From: an uncultured Bacteroidales bacterium
Lineage (GTDB): Bacteria; Bacteroidota; Bacteroidia; Bacteroidales; UBA10428
Direction of reading: 5' to 3'
Assembly (NCBI GenBank): GCA_964646255.1
Contig: CAZYDI010000001.1
Location: 101,663-165,662 of the forward strand
Length of the DNA: 64,000 nucleotides
Below, in pieces: positions 16,853-27,042 of this stretch. Position numbers and translations under genes: made by a program. Numbering within the stretch: position 1 is the stretch's first letter; each line of letters starts with the position of its first letter. The notes beneath the pieces are model-generated. The model was given only the letters and a program-made list of their open reading frames with translations, was not told the origin of the DNA and did no database searches.

Positions 16853-18418
16853 ATGAAAAAGATTATTGTTTTGTTCGTTTCCATAATTTGCGGAATACAG
16901 CTTTTTGCTCAAAATATTATTCCGGAGAATGGTTATGCCAAAATATATTATCCAAACGGACAGATATCAAGTGAAGGCACCATGCACAAAGGAAAACCCG
17001 ATGGTTACTGGAAAACCTTCTATCCTTCAGGTATTATTAAATCGGAAGGAAACAGGGTAAACCATTTGCTCGACAGCGTATGGGTTTTTTACAATGAAGC
17101 GGGTGATACTGTTCAAAAGGTGAACTATGCCATGGGTAAAAGGAATGGCTATACATACAATTACAGCACAGGTCGCCAGGGCGATGATCCGCTCAGAAGG
17201 GGTAAATTGGTTTCAAAGGAACTCTTCGTAAATGATCTGAAAGAAGGAGTTTCCATTGTATATCATCCAAACGGTCAGATTAAGGAAGAATCCTATTACG
17301 TCAAAAACAAACGTAATGGTTTTACCCGTGAATACGATGAAAAAGGTACCATCATTACCGTATTGAATTATAAAAACGGCTTTCTGATAGAGCGTGAAAA
17401 ACAGAACAGGATCGACGACAAAGGTTTAAAGCAGGGTTTATGGAGGACATATTATGATAACCTGCGGATTAAAACCGAAGCATATTATGTTGATGACCAG
17501 TTGACAGGAATATACAAGGAGTTTGAGGAGAACGGCAATCTTAAGGTGATATTGCAATACGCAAAAGGTGATATTGTTGAAGAACAAGATACCCTTGCAT
17601 TGGATATCGAAATAAAAAATGAATACGACAACCAGGGCAATCTTGTAAAATCAGGTTCCTACCGCAAAAATGTTCCCGTGGGTATTCACCGCAAATATAA
17701 TACAGAGGGCAAGGTTATCGGTGCTGTTCTTTATGATAATTATGGAAAAAAAACCGGTGAAGGCATTATTACCAATGAAGGAAAGAAAGAAGGGGACTGG
17801 AAATATTTTTATGACAATGGTGCCATAAGTGCCTCAGGAAAATACAATAATAATCTGCGCACAGGCGATTGGAAATTCTTTTACCACAATGGGAATATTG
17901 AACAAACCGGTGTGTATAAAAACGGAAAAACCGACGGTTTATGGCAATGGTTTTATGCCGATGGTACATTGAAGCGTGAAGAGGAATATTTTGAGGGCTT
18001 ACCGGAAGGAATTTATATTGAATACGATACGCTGGGTCAAACCATTGTAAGTGGAAAGTATTTCGACGGGCAAAAAGAGGAAGAATGGGAATACAAAGTT
18101 GGTGATGTTACCGAAAAGGGTAAGTATGTGGCGGATCTGAAGGACGGTGTTTGGAAAGCATTTTATTCCAACGGAAAGCTGAAGTATCAGGGTAATTATA
18201 TTCAGGACAATCCCGATGGGGAGCATCTCTTTTATTATCCCAATGGTCAGCTGAAGGAAAGCAATTACTACGTGATGGGTATATCAGAAAAAAACTGGAA
18301 GAAATACGACGAAAACGGTACATTGGTTTTAACCATTACTTATAAGGATAATAAGGAATACCGGATAAATGGTGAAAGGGTTGACTTTGATGAGGGTGAT
18401 ATCAAATTAATTCAGTAA
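16853..18418 (+). CDS. secreted MORN-repeat-variant (YwqK-like) protein
   Basis: Signal peptide MKKIIVLFVSIICGIQLFAQ, then more than 15 repeats of the type G.pdGyWk.fY.nGq.k.eg.Y. ATG 16853 lies 1 nt after the nadA stop. Confidence 0.75.
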   Translation: MKKIIVLFVSIICGIQLFAQNIIPENGYAKIYYPNGQISSEGTMHKGKPDGYWKTFYPSGIIKSEGNRVNHLLDSVWVFYNEAGDTVQKVNYAMGKRNGYTYNYSTGRQGDDPLRRGKLVSKELFVNDLKEGVSIVYHPNGQIKEESYYVKNKRNGFTREYDEKGTIITVLNYKNGFLIEREKQNRIDDKGLKQGLWRTYYDNLRIKTEAYYVDDQLTGIYKEFEENGNLKVILQYAKGDIVEEQDTLALDIEIKNEYDNQGNLVKSGSYRKNVPVGIHRKYNTEGKVIGAVLYDNYGKKTGEGIITNEGKKEGDWKYFYDNGAISASGKYNNNLRTGDWKFFYHNGNIEQTGVYKNGKTDGLWQWFYADGTLKREEEYFEGLPEGIYIEYDTLGQTIVSGKYFDGQKEEEWEYKVGDVTEKGKYVADLKDGVWKAFYSNGKLKYQGNYIQDNPDGEHLFYYPNGQLKESNYYVMGISEKNWKKYDENGTLVLTITYKDNKEYRINGERVDFDEGDIKLIQ

Positions 18419-18427
18419 ACCGGATAC

Positions 18428-19453
18428 ATGGATAATGATTTTAAAATTCGCAGCTCTTTTGTTACCGACGAAGACAAGGAAATAGATAAAAGTATTCGGC
18501 CCCGGTTGTTCGACGAATTTAACGGACAGGATAAACTGGTAGAAAACCTGAAAGTTTTCGTCAAGGCTGCAAAGCTCAGAGACGAAGCCCTTGATCATGT
18601 TATACTTGCCGGCCCCCCCGGCCTCGGAAAAACTACCCTGGCCAACATTATATCCAATGAACTTGAAAGCAATATAAGGGTAACTTCCGGACCGGTGTTG
18701 GAAAAAGCAGGAGACCTGGCCGGCATTTTAACCAACCTGGAAAAGCATGATGTTCTTTTTATTGATGAAATTCACCGTTTAAACACTTCAGTAGAAGAGT
18801 TCTTATACTCCGCCATGGAGGATTATAAAATCGATCTTATCATAGATAAAGGTCCCGGAGCAAGGTCGGTTCAATTGTCGCTGAATCCATTCACCCTGAT
18901 CGGTGCAACAACACGGGCAGGTTTGCTTTCAAGCCCGCTACGCTCAAGATTCGGCATTAACCTTCACCTGGAGTACTATGATTCGGGAGTGCTGGAAAAA
19001 ATCATTAAGCGATCAGCGGAATTATTGAAAGTAAAAATTGAGGGTAGCGCCGCACGGGAGATTGCCGGACGGTCACGCGGTACTCCCCGTATCGCTAATT
19101 CCCTGTTAAGAAGGGTTCGGGATTTTGCCCAGGTTAAACACATGAAAGAGATTGACCTTACGATTACCGAATTCGCACTGGAAGCCCTGAATATAGATAA
19201 AAGCGGTTTGGATGAGATGGATAACCGCATTTTACTGGTTATTTTAGAGAAATTCAACGGGGGTCCTGTAGGAATAAGCACCATAGCGACTGCGGTTGGT
19301 GAAGATGCCGGCACTATTGAAGAAGTATACGAACCATTCCTGATAAAGGAGGGATATATAAAACGAACCCCAAGGGGCAGGGAAATCACTCCTTTAACAT
19401 ACAAGCATTTTGGCCGTTATAAAGCCGATAACCTTACGTTGGGTTTTGATTAG
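18428..19453 (+). CDS. ruvB: Holliday junction branch migration DNA helicase
   Basis: Walker [12 protein letters not shown], Walker [10 protein letters not shown], and [18 protein letters not shown]. Confidence 0.95.
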   Translation: MDNDFKIRSSFVTDEDKEIDKSIRPRLFDEFNGQDKLVENLKVFVKAAKLRDEALDHVILAGPPGLGKTTLANIISNELESNIRVTSGPVLEKAGDLAGILTNLEKHDVLFIDEIHRLNTSVEEFLYSAMEDYKIDLIIDKGPGARSVQLSLNPFTLIGATTRAGLLSSPLRSRFGINLHLEYYDSGVLEKIIKRSAELLKVKIEGSAAREIAGRSRGTPRIANSLLRRVRDFAQVKHMKEIDLTITEFALEALNIDKSGLDEMDNRILLVILEKFNGGPVGISTIATAVGEDAGTIEEVYEPFLIKEGYIKRTPRGREITPLTYKHFGRYKADNLTLGFD

Positions 19454-19466
19454 CGGTCAGAATGAA

Positions 19467-20483
19467 CTAAAAGGCACTGCGAAATTGGTGGATAAAGCGG
19501 ACATCGTTTTCAAAGTATAAACGAAGGTCGTTTACCTGATATTTAAGCATGGCTATTCGTTCAAGTCCCATTCCAAATGCAAAGCCGGTATATTTTTGGC
19601 TATCAATTTTGGATGCCTCTAAAACACTGGGATCAACCATTCCGCAACCCAGAATCTCAAGAAATCCGGTATGTTTGCAAACATTGCAGCCTTTTCCACC
19701 GCAAATGGTACATGATACATCCATTTCTGCCGAAGGTTCAGTGAAAGGAAAATAAGAGGGTCGCAACCTGATCTGTGTGCTTTCGCCAAACATTTCACGG
19801 GCAAAGAACATTAACGTTTGCTTCAGGTCAGCAAAGGATACATTGGTGTCGATATATAACCCTTCAATCTGGTGAAATATACAATGAGCCCTGGCTGAAA
19901 TTGCTTCATTCCGAAAAACCCTGCCCGGAAATACCTTCCTTATAGGGGGTTGGGTATTTTCCATAACCCGTACCTGTACTGAGGATGTATGCGTCCTTAG
20001 AACGATATCGGGATTCTTTTCGATGAAGAATGTATCCTGCATATCCCTGGCGGGGTGTTCAAGGGGGAAATTTAATCCGGTGAATACATGCCAGTCATCT
20101 TCAATTTCGGGGCCTTCAGCAACAGTAAAACCAATTTTGGAAAAAATGCCGGTAATTTCCTTTCTTACCAGGGACACGGGATGGCGTGAGCCTGCAGGTA
20201 CCTGTTCTCCGGGACGGGTTAAATCGTCGGATTGTAACTCTTCCGATGTTGAAAGACTTTCTCTTTTTTCTTCAAACCGTTTGGTGGCGCGCTCTTTCAA
20301 TTCATTAAGCATTAGCCCGGTTTGCTTTTTTTCAGAAGGATCTACCTGCTTAAATGCTGTAAACAATTCTGAAAGCACACCCTTTTTGCTTAAAAAGCGC
20401 AACCTGAAATTTTCCAACGACGCGGCATTGTCAATCGGATAGGTTGCAATCTCGTTTATATATTGTTCAATTTGTTCTCTCAT
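19467..20483 (-). CDS. pheS: phenylalanine-tRNA ligase alpha subunit
   Basis: Class II motifs YFPFTEPSAE and GFAFGMGLERIAML. Confidence 0.95.
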   Translation of the reverse strand: MREQIEQYINEIATYPIDNAASLENFRLRFLSKKGVLSELFTAFKQVDPSEKKQTGLMLNELKERATKRFEEKRESLSTSEELQSDDLTRPGEQVPAGSRHPVSLVRKEITGIFSKIGFTVAEGPEIEDDWHVFTGLNFPLEHPARDMQDTFFIEKNPDIVLRTHTSSVQVRVMENTQPPIRKVFPGRVFRNEAISARAHCIFHQIEGLYIDTNVSFADLKQTLMFFAREMFGESTQIRLRPSYFPFTEPSAEMDVSCTICGGKGCNVCKHTGFLEILGCGMVDPSVLEASKIDSQKYTGFAFGMGLERIAMLKYQVNDLRLYFENDVRFIHQFRSAF

Positions 20484-20488
20484 AATCG

Positions 20489-21163
20489 TTATTTGGATAT
20501 AACATATGCTTTGATGATTCTTATGTCGTTTAAAGGACGGTTCCTTTGATCGGTTTCCGCTTCTGCAATATTATCTATGGTTTCAAGTCCTTCGGTAACT
20601 TCACCGAAGACAGTGTATTCACCATCCAGATGGGGTGTACCGCCAATGGTAGTATAGGCTTCAATTTCTTCTTGTGTGAAAGCATCATGGCGGCCTGAAT
20701 TATAAAATGACTGAAGTTGTGCCTCTGTGAGTACCTGTCCCTGTACAATGTAGAACTGCGATCCGGATGATTTTTTTTCTGGATTCATCTGGTCACCCAA
20801 CCTGGCTGCAGCAAGGGCTCCCTTTTTATGGAAGTACTTTTGGGTGAATTCAGCAGGCAAAGTATAACCCGGTCCGCCATTACCGAGCATCTGGCCTTGT
20901 GCGGCGTTTTTGGAATTTGGATCGCCTGTCTGAATCATAAAATCTGATATTACCCTGTGAAAAATTATGCTGTCGTAGTAGTGTTCGTTAACAAGCTTTA
21001 AGAAATTCTCGCGGTGGATGGGTGTTTCATCATATAACATAATGGTGAAATTACCGGCAGTTGTCTCAAAAACTACGGTGGATTGTGCTGATGTCATAGC
21101 GCTCATGGAAATGGTTAATAAAATAAACGCAAATATTGTTAAAAGAGAATTTGCATTCTTCAT
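20489..21163 (-). CDS. secreted cyclophilin-type peptidylprolyl isomerase
   Basis: Signal peptide, plus FHRVISDFMIQTGDP, SQFYIV and HLDGEYTVFGEV. Confidence 0.9.
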   Translation of the reverse strand: MKNANSLLTIFAFILLTISMSAMTSAQSTVVFETTAGNFTIMLYDETPIHRENFLKLVNEHYYDSIIFHRVISDFMIQTGDPNSKNAAQGQMLGNGGPGYTLPAEFTQKYFHKKGALAAARLGDQMNPEKKSSGSQFYIVQGQVLTEAQLQSFYNSGRHDAFTQEEIEAYTTIGGTPHLDGEYTVFGEVTEGLETIDNIAEAETDQRNRPLNDIRIIKAYVISK

Positions 21164-21255
21164 TCTTACAGCTTTTTTAAAATATATTTACGCTTTGAAT
21201 TACGCTGTGAAATTAGGAATTATTTACTACACTTCACTATTTAAGATAATCGCTG

Positions 21256-22737
21256 GTGTCAAATCCATATAAAAGTCTTGGCGGTCAGGCCATATTATAT
21301 GGTCTGGGTAACATAGTTCCAAGGATACTGAATTATGCCATACTCACGGTTTATTATACCCGGCGGTTTCCTCCCGAAGAGTATGGAATACTTACTGAAC
21401 TATATGCGTATGTTGCCATTTTCCTTGTTATACTTACCTATGGCATGGAAACCGGGTTATTCAAGTTCTCCTCCGAAAACTATAACAAGCAGCTTTCCTT
21501 TACATCAATACTGATTAGTGTTATTGGAACTTCAACGCTGTTTTTCCTGTTAGTGTGGGCATTTTGCGATCCTGTTGCCAGATCCATTGGTTATCCTGAT
21601 AATCCTGAATATATCATTTACCTTGGTTTCACGCTATCCCTGGATGCAGTGGCATCTATAATTTTTGCGAAACTGCGCATCGAGAACAAAGTAAGGCGTT
21701 TTGCTTTACTTAAGATAGTTAATGTAGTATCCACCATATTTTTTGTTTTTCTTTTCCTCGAGATTCTGCCGGCTATGAATGTGATAAGCGAGACCTCCTG
21801 GTATCAGCATAACATGAAAGATATTGAAGTTGGATATGTTTTTATCGCTAACCTGCTGTCAAGTTTCCTGATTTTATTGTTACTGCTGTATGATGTCAGG
21901 GGTATCAAATTCAGGTTCAACAACGTGCTGTTTCGGCAGATTCTCATGTATTCCTTACCTTTGCTTATTTCGGGATTGGCCGGAATCTTTAATGAAACAA
22001 TTGACAGGATTCTACTGAGAAAACTATTGCCGGATAATGTGAATGCGTTGTATGAATTGGGAATTTATGGAGCCAATTATCGGATTGCAGTGCTGATGAC
22101 CATATTTGTACAGATGTTCAGGTATGCTGCAGAGCCCTTCTTTTTTAACTTGCAGGGAAAAACCGATGCCAGGGTTGTTTACGCGAATATTTTAAAGTAC
22201 TTCACCATTTTTCTGATGTTGGTTTTTCTGGGTGTCGGGCTGGGCATTGATTTTTTCAAACTGTTTATTGATAAGGATTATTATGAAGGGCTGGCTATAG
22301 TTCCGGTGGTGTTAATGGCTAATGTTCTTATAGGATTGTTGTTTAATGTAAACATGTGGTATAAGCTCTCTGGCAATACCATGTATGGTGTTTACATTAC
22401 GGGCATCGGAGCAATTATTACCGTCGTCGGAAATATTCTTTTCATACCGCTATACGGTTATTTTGCATGTGCCTGGATTCATCTGCTTACCAATGCTGTA
22501 ATGCTTCTGTTGACCTATTACTTTGGACAGAGGATGTACAAAATTGATTACGATGTAAAGCGGATCAGTCTTTACATTGTTGTCGGGATAGCTTTATACC
22601 TGGTTGGTTTTTGGCTTAGAACGGAGTATGCAATATTAAATATATTTATCGCTGTAACCTTTGTATTTTTGTATTTCCTTTTATGCAATAAAAGAGAGAA
22701 TTTGATCGCTATATTTTTAAGAAAAAATGAAAGTTAA
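21256..22737 (+). CDS. MOP/Wzx-type polysaccharide biosynthesis flippase family protein
   Basis: 493 aa, 12-14 predicted TM helices, N-terminus typical of oligosaccharide flippases (..[16 protein letters not shown]..). GTG start. Overlaps dut by 11 nt. Confidence 0.7.
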   Translation: MSNPYKSLGGQAILYGLGNIVPRILNYAILTVYYTRRFPPEEYGILTELYAYVAIFLVILTYGMETGLFKFSSENYNKQLSFTSILISVIGTSTLFFLLVWAFCDPVARSIGYPDNPEYIIYLGFTLSLDAVASIIFAKLRIENKVRRFALLKIVNVVSTIFFVFLFLEILPAMNVISETSWYQHNMKDIEVGYVFIANLLSSFLILLLLLYDVRGIKFRFNNVLFRQILMYSLPLLISGLAGIFNETIDRILLRKLLPDNVNALYELGIYGANYRIAVLMTIFVQMFRYAAEPFFFNLQGKTDARVVYANILKYFTIFLMLVFLGVGLGIDFFKLFIDKDYYEGLAIVPVVLMANVLIGLLFNVNMWYKLSGNTMYGVYITGIGAIITVVGNILFIPLYGYFACAWIHLLTNAVMLLLTYYFGQRMYKIDYDVKRISLYIVVGIALYLVGFWLRTEYAILNIFIAVTFVFLYFLLCNKRENLIAIFLRKNES

Positions 22738-23158
22738 AATTGTAAACAAATCAAAGCATCGTCTTCCTGAATACAGTACACTTTTCTCTGCTGGTATGGA
22801 TATATATGCTAACCTTGATACCCCGGTCATAATGGCTCCTATGGAACGTGTCCTGATAAAAACGGGATTGTTTATAGAGCTTCCTGTCGGGTATGAGGCT
22901 CAAATCCGTCCGAGAAGTGGCTTGGCTTTAAAGAAGGGAATAACTGTTCTGAATACGCCGGGAACGATCGATGCCGATTACAGGGGTGAAATTGGCATTA
23001 TTCTTATCAATCTCTCCGGAGAAGACTTTATTGTTAATGACGGTGAGAGAATATGCCAGATGATTGTTGCACGGCATGAAATTGTGGAATGGGAGCTTTG
23101 TGATGATTTGTCCGGTAGTGTAAGGGGTCAGGGCGGTTTCGGCCATACAGGGAATTAA
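22727..23158 (+). CDS. dut: dUTP diphosphatase
   Basis: [27 protein letters not shown] and [10 protein letters not shown] motifs. Confidence 0.92.
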   Translation: MKVKIVNKSKHRLPEYSTLFSAGMDIYANLDTPVIMAPMERVLIKTGLFIELPVGYEAQIRPRSGLALKKGITVLNTPGTIDADYRGEIGIILINLSGEDFIVNDGERICQMIVARHEIVEWELCDDLSGSVRGQGGFGHTGN

Positions 23159-23168
23159 TAATGACTAA

Positions 23169-24899
23169 ATGGGAATGATTAAAAAGATACTGCTGATTAT
23201 TGTGCTTATGTGCAGTTGTGCTTTCAGCGTGAAAGCCCAAATGCTTGATATTTCACGTCGGCCAGGGAGTGGACTCACTGAACAGGAATATCTGTATGCA
23301 TTCACTGAAGCCACACGTTATTATTTGTTCGGAAATTATTCCCAGGCTGTTGTATTGTTCAGGGAATGCCTTAAGCTTAAACCGCAAAGCAGCGCTGTTC
23401 ACTTTCAACTCGCCAAGATATTTTTGAACTCGGGAAATACCCAGTTTGCCCGTGAGCACAGTAAGAAGGCCTATTTATACGATAAGCAGAATAAGTGGTA
23501 TGCACAGCAACTGGCCGATATATATCAGATTGAGGGGAAGTATGATAGTGCAGCCTTCATTGCTGAGCAAATGGTGGCGCTCGATCCAGACAATATTGCG
23601 ATGATGTTTGGAATTGTTGCATTGTACGAGCGAACTGAGAATTACAGCAAGGCATTTGAATTTATGGACAGAATCGATGCCAAAGTAGGGATATCCAAGG
23701 AGGTTGCCATAAGCCGGTATAGAATGCTTAGCAGATTAGGCAAAAGTGAACTGGCACTGGAACAGCTAAAGACCGCATCAAGGCTTAGTGCTGACGATAA
23801 TACGGTTATTGCTATGATTGCTGAGTATTACAATGCAAATAAAGTGATGGATTCAGCCAGGTATTATTATCAAAAGATTCCATTCGAAATGCGGCAGGAG
23901 CCTATGGTGATTTTCTCCTATGCTGATTTTTTAATTGAGGAAGGCATGCTTGATAGCGCAAAGGCTTTAATAATAGGGGTAATGACCGACAACACGGTTG
24001 AAAGCATCGTTAAAGCCGGATATTTTTTTAGTGTGCTACAAAATGAAGGCAATTTCAGAAAGCTTTTACCCATAATTAATGACCTGTCAACCCAGTATTA
24101 TAATCATAATCAAAGTGATGTCAGGGCTATGTCTATTTATGCGGATATTCAGCTAAGGCTTCGAAATTATGCAAAAGCCAGCCATGCGCTTAAAGCTATT
24201 GTGGAAGGGGATGCGTCCAATTATCCTGCTGTCGAGCAATATGTATATACCCTAAACTTGCTTGGTAAAACCGATAGTGTAATACTCTACTCAGAGAGGG
24301 CATTACAGCGGTTTAAGGACAAGGCTTTTTTATATCTCCTTAATGGCTCCGCAAAATTGCAAAATAAAGACTATGAAAGGGCTTTACTGGTTCTGGAAAA
24401 TGGACTCAGCCTGGCGAATGAGAAGGCCGTGAAGATTGAATTCTATTCCCTGATCGGGGAATGTTATCAACAGCTTGGGAAATTCAACCAGTCCGATGAA
24501 GCATTTAGAAAAGCTTTAGAGCTTGACGAAGACAATATACTGATAAAGAATAATTTTGCCTATTATCTGGCATTAAGGAGTAAGGATTTGAAGTTTGCAA
24601 AAAAGTTAAGCCAGGCTACAATCAAAGCTGAGCCGGAGAATGCTACCTACCTGGATACTTATGCCTGGGTGCTTTTTAAAATGGGAAATAAAGGTGCAGC
24701 AGCTAAAGTTATCGAAAAGGCATTGCTGTATGACAAAGAGTCAAATACGGAAATCCTTGAGCACGCTGCTGAGATCTTTTATGAAATGAAGGAATATAAT
24801 AAGGCTATTGAGTTGCTGAACCGTGTAATTCAATTATCGGATGAGGCAAAGGATAAAGAGATTTTACATAGGATTGCAGAGATGGAGAGGCGTTTATAA
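23169..24899 (+). CDS. secreted or lipoprotein tetratricopeptide-repeat protein
   Basis: N-terminus MIKKILLIIVLMCSCAFSVKAQ. TPR-like 34-residue repeats throughout, for example YSQAVVLFRECLKLKPQS, FNQSDEAFRKALELDEDN and YNKAIELLNRVIQL. Confidence 0.75.
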   Translation: MGMIKKILLIIVLMCSCAFSVKAQMLDISRRPGSGLTEQEYLYAFTEATRYYLFGNYSQAVVLFRECLKLKPQSSAVHFQLAKIFLNSGNTQFAREHSKKAYLYDKQNKWYAQQLADIYQIEGKYDSAAFIAEQMVALDPDNIAMMFGIVALYERTENYSKAFEFMDRIDAKVGISKEVAISRYRMLSRLGKSELALEQLKTASRLSADDNTVIAMIAEYYNANKVMDSARYYYQKIPFEMRQEPMVIFSYADFLIEEGMLDSAKALIIGVMTDNTVESIVKAGYFFSVLQNEGNFRKLLPIINDLSTQYYNHNQSDVRAMSIYADIQLRLRNYAKASHALKAIVEGDASNYPAVEQYVYTLNLLGKTDSVILYSERALQRFKDKAFLYLLNGSAKLQNKDYERALLVLENGLSLANEKAVKIEFYSLIGECYQQLGKFNQSDEAFRKALELDEDNILIKNNFAYYLALRSKDLKFAKKLSQATIKAEPENATYLDTYAWVLFKMGNKGAAAKVIEKALLYDKESNTEILEHAAEIFYEMKEYNKAIELLNRVIQLSDEAKDKEILHRIAEMERRL

Positions 24900-24910
24900 T
24901 GAATTGAAGA

Positions 24911-26104
24911 ATGAAATTATTTTCATTGATGTTAATATTTGCGGGCGTATGTATTGCGGGTGCAAATGCCCAGAGTGCTGCTGAAAAGTTGAGGCAGTCA
25001 CGCGAGAAAACATTGAAAGAGATTGAATATGCCAATAAATTGCTCCTTGAAACACAAGGCAAGACAACGAAATCGTTGAATGAGGTTAATCTTATCAATC
25101 ATCGGTTAAAACAGCGACGTACTTATCTATTGGGATTAGAGGTAGAATTGAATGTTCTCACCGATGCCATTGAAGAAAATTTGAACGATATCGCTGAGGC
25201 TGAATCTGAGATTAACAAGATTAAAAAGATGTATGCCCTGATGGTTGTAAACCTTTATAAGAAAAAAAGCAACCGTTATAAGGCGATGTATATCCTTGCT
25301 TCAGAAAATGTTAATCAATTGTATAAAAGAATTCATACGGTTAAATTATATAATAAATACCTGGGCACGGAAAGGGAAAAGCTGGAGAAGTTAATGATCG
25401 AGCTGAAAAAGAACAATGAAGATCTGGCTAAGCTTAAACACGATAAGGATGCTGTTGTTAATAAAACAAAAAAGGAGACTACCATCATTCAGCAGGAGAT
25501 TAATGAGAAGAAAAGGATTGTACAGCAATTAAAACAGCGACAGAAAGAGATTGAGTCAGAAATACGTGAAAAGGAAAAGACGGCCAGGAGACTTGAATCT
25601 GAACTAAAGAAAATTATCGATGAGGAAAGGAGAAAGATTAAGGCCAAGGGTGGCACAGCTTTTTTAACCGCGGAGGAAAAGGTATTGTCCACTGATTTTG
25701 AAAAAAATACCGGGAAATTGCCATGGCCGACACAGCGGGGTATTGTTACGGGTCAATATGGCGAGCATCCACATCCGGATTACAAAGGGGTAATGGTCAG
25801 GAATGATGGGATCTACATATCCACTGCAGCCGGCGAATCTGCGCGGGCCATCTTTAAGGGTGTAGTCTCCAAGGTTTTTTCAATTCCCGGGGAGAATCAA
25901 ACGGTTATTATAAAGCATGGCAAGTATTATTCATTGTACCATAATCTTACAAACGTTCGGGTTAAAGCGGGTCAAAGTGTCAGTACAAAGGAATCAATTG
26001 GTAATGTGTTTACGGATCCTGAATCCAGGGAAACTATCCTTTATTTTCAAATCTGGAAGGAAACTGAGCGAAACGACCCCGAATTATGGTTGGCACCGTT
26101 ATAA
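24911..26104 (+). CDS. EnvC-like murein hydrolase activator (coiled coil + degenerate LytM/M23 domain)
   Basis: Signal peptide, about 230 aa of coiled coil, then a C-terminal M23 fold (GIYISTAAGESARAIFKGVV..IIKHGKYYSLYHNL). The catalytic HxxxD and HxH motifs are absent: RNDG and ILYFQIW occupy their places. Confidence 0.8.
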   Translation: MKLFSLMLIFAGVCIAGANAQSAAEKLRQSREKTLKEIEYANKLLLETQGKTTKSLNEVNLINHRLKQRRTYLLGLEVELNVLTDAIEENLNDIAEAESEINKIKKMYALMVVNLYKKKSNRYKAMYILASENVNQLYKRIHTVKLYNKYLGTEREKLEKLMIELKKNNEDLAKLKHDKDAVVNKTKKETTIIQQEINEKKRIVQQLKQRQKEIESEIREKEKTARRLESELKKIIDEERRKIKAKGGTAFLTAEEKVLSTDFEKNTGKLPWPTQRGIVTGQYGEHPHPDYKGVMVRNDGIYISTAAGESARAIFKGVVSKVFSIPGENQTVIIKHGKYYSLYHNLTNVRVKAGQSVSTKESIGNVFTDPESRETILYFQIWKETERNDPELWLAPL

Positions 26105-26192
26105 AGGGAAAATCTTTTAATAATTTAGCAATTAAAAAGAAACAAAACCTGATTATTTAAGTATATTAAGCATAATCGAAACAAATGAAGTA

Positions 26193-26591
26193 ATGGAAAA
26201 GACACTTAAGCTGGTCTCAAAGATTGAGAATTTAAGGAAAGTGGAAAAGCTGGTAGATGAATTATCTTCAGAACATAACATTAGTGCAGATGTTTACGGA
26301 AATATTCTGATTGCTGCCCTGGAGGGCGCAAATAACGCAATTTTGCACGGAAATAAGCTGGATGAAAGCAAATTTGTCAATATTTCCGTAGTATTAAGCG
26401 AAAAGAAATTGAAGATTAAGATTGAAGATGAAGGAACCGGTTTCGATTATAAAAATGTTCCTGATCCAACTGCTCCTGAAAACATTGAGAATGTTAACGG
26501 GCGTGGGATTTTTTTAATGGAGAAGCTCTCTGATCGTATTGAGTTTACAAGAAATGGAGCAACTGTGGAATTAGAATTTAATATCAAGTAA
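26193..26591 (+). CDS. RsbW/SiaB-like serine kinase (HATPase_c_2 type ATP-binding protein)
   Basis: 132 aa. N-box-like AALEGANNAILHGN, G1 IEDEGTGFD, G2 GRGIFLMEKL. No sensor or dimerisation domain. Confidence 0.7.
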   Translation: MEKTLKLVSKIENLRKVEKLVDELSSEHNISADVYGNILIAALEGANNAILHGNKLDESKFVNISVVLSEKKLKIKIEDEGTGFDYKNVPDPTAPENIENVNGRGIFLMEKLSDRIEFTRNGATVELEFNIK

Positions 26592-26592
26592 A

Positions 26593-27042
26593 TTGATCAG
26601 GATAGAGTTTCTGAATATTGAGAGAAGCATTTATATCAGACCTGAAATAAAGAAACTATTATCGAAAATACCTCCCGGACACAACAAAGTTTTAGGCGAA
26701 ATCAACTTCATTTTCACGGATAACGATACCATCCTTTCGGTTAACAAAAAATTTCTGAACCATCATTATTTTACAGATGTTATCACTTTTGATAACACAA
26801 AGAAAAGCAAGCTCTGCGGCGACATTTACATAAGCCTGGAGCAGGTGAGGATAAATGCTGACGGTTTAAATGTGGCTTATGCCAGTGAGGTCTTAAGGGT
26901 CATGATTCACGGCATACTGCATCTTATTGGATTCAATGATTCAACCATTGATGAAAAAAAGGCTATGAGAGAAATGGAAGATCTATATCTTTGCAGGTTG
27001 GATGAAAAGGATATAATTACGGAAAGTGAAATTGAACTATGA
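26593..27042 (+). CDS. ybeY: rRNA maturation RNase YbeY
   Basis: Metal-binding motif HGILHLIGFND. TTG start 1 nt after the upstream stop. Confidence 0.9.
   Translation: MIRIEFLNIERSIYIRPEIKKLLSKIPPGHNKVLGEINFIFTDNDTILSVNKKFLNHHYFTDVITFDNTKKSKLCGDIYISLEQVRINADGLNVAYASEVLRVMIHGILHLIGFNDSTIDEKKAMREMEDLYLCRLDEKDIITESEIEL

Noticed and set aside
16853-18418. The MORN-variant protein belongs to a family often labelled 'YwqK antitoxin', which suggests a toxin-antitoxin module.
   Set aside because: It carries a signal peptide and is 521 aa of repeats. No toxin-like gene is adjacent; the flanking genes are nadA and ruvB. The antitoxin label is a family-name artefact.
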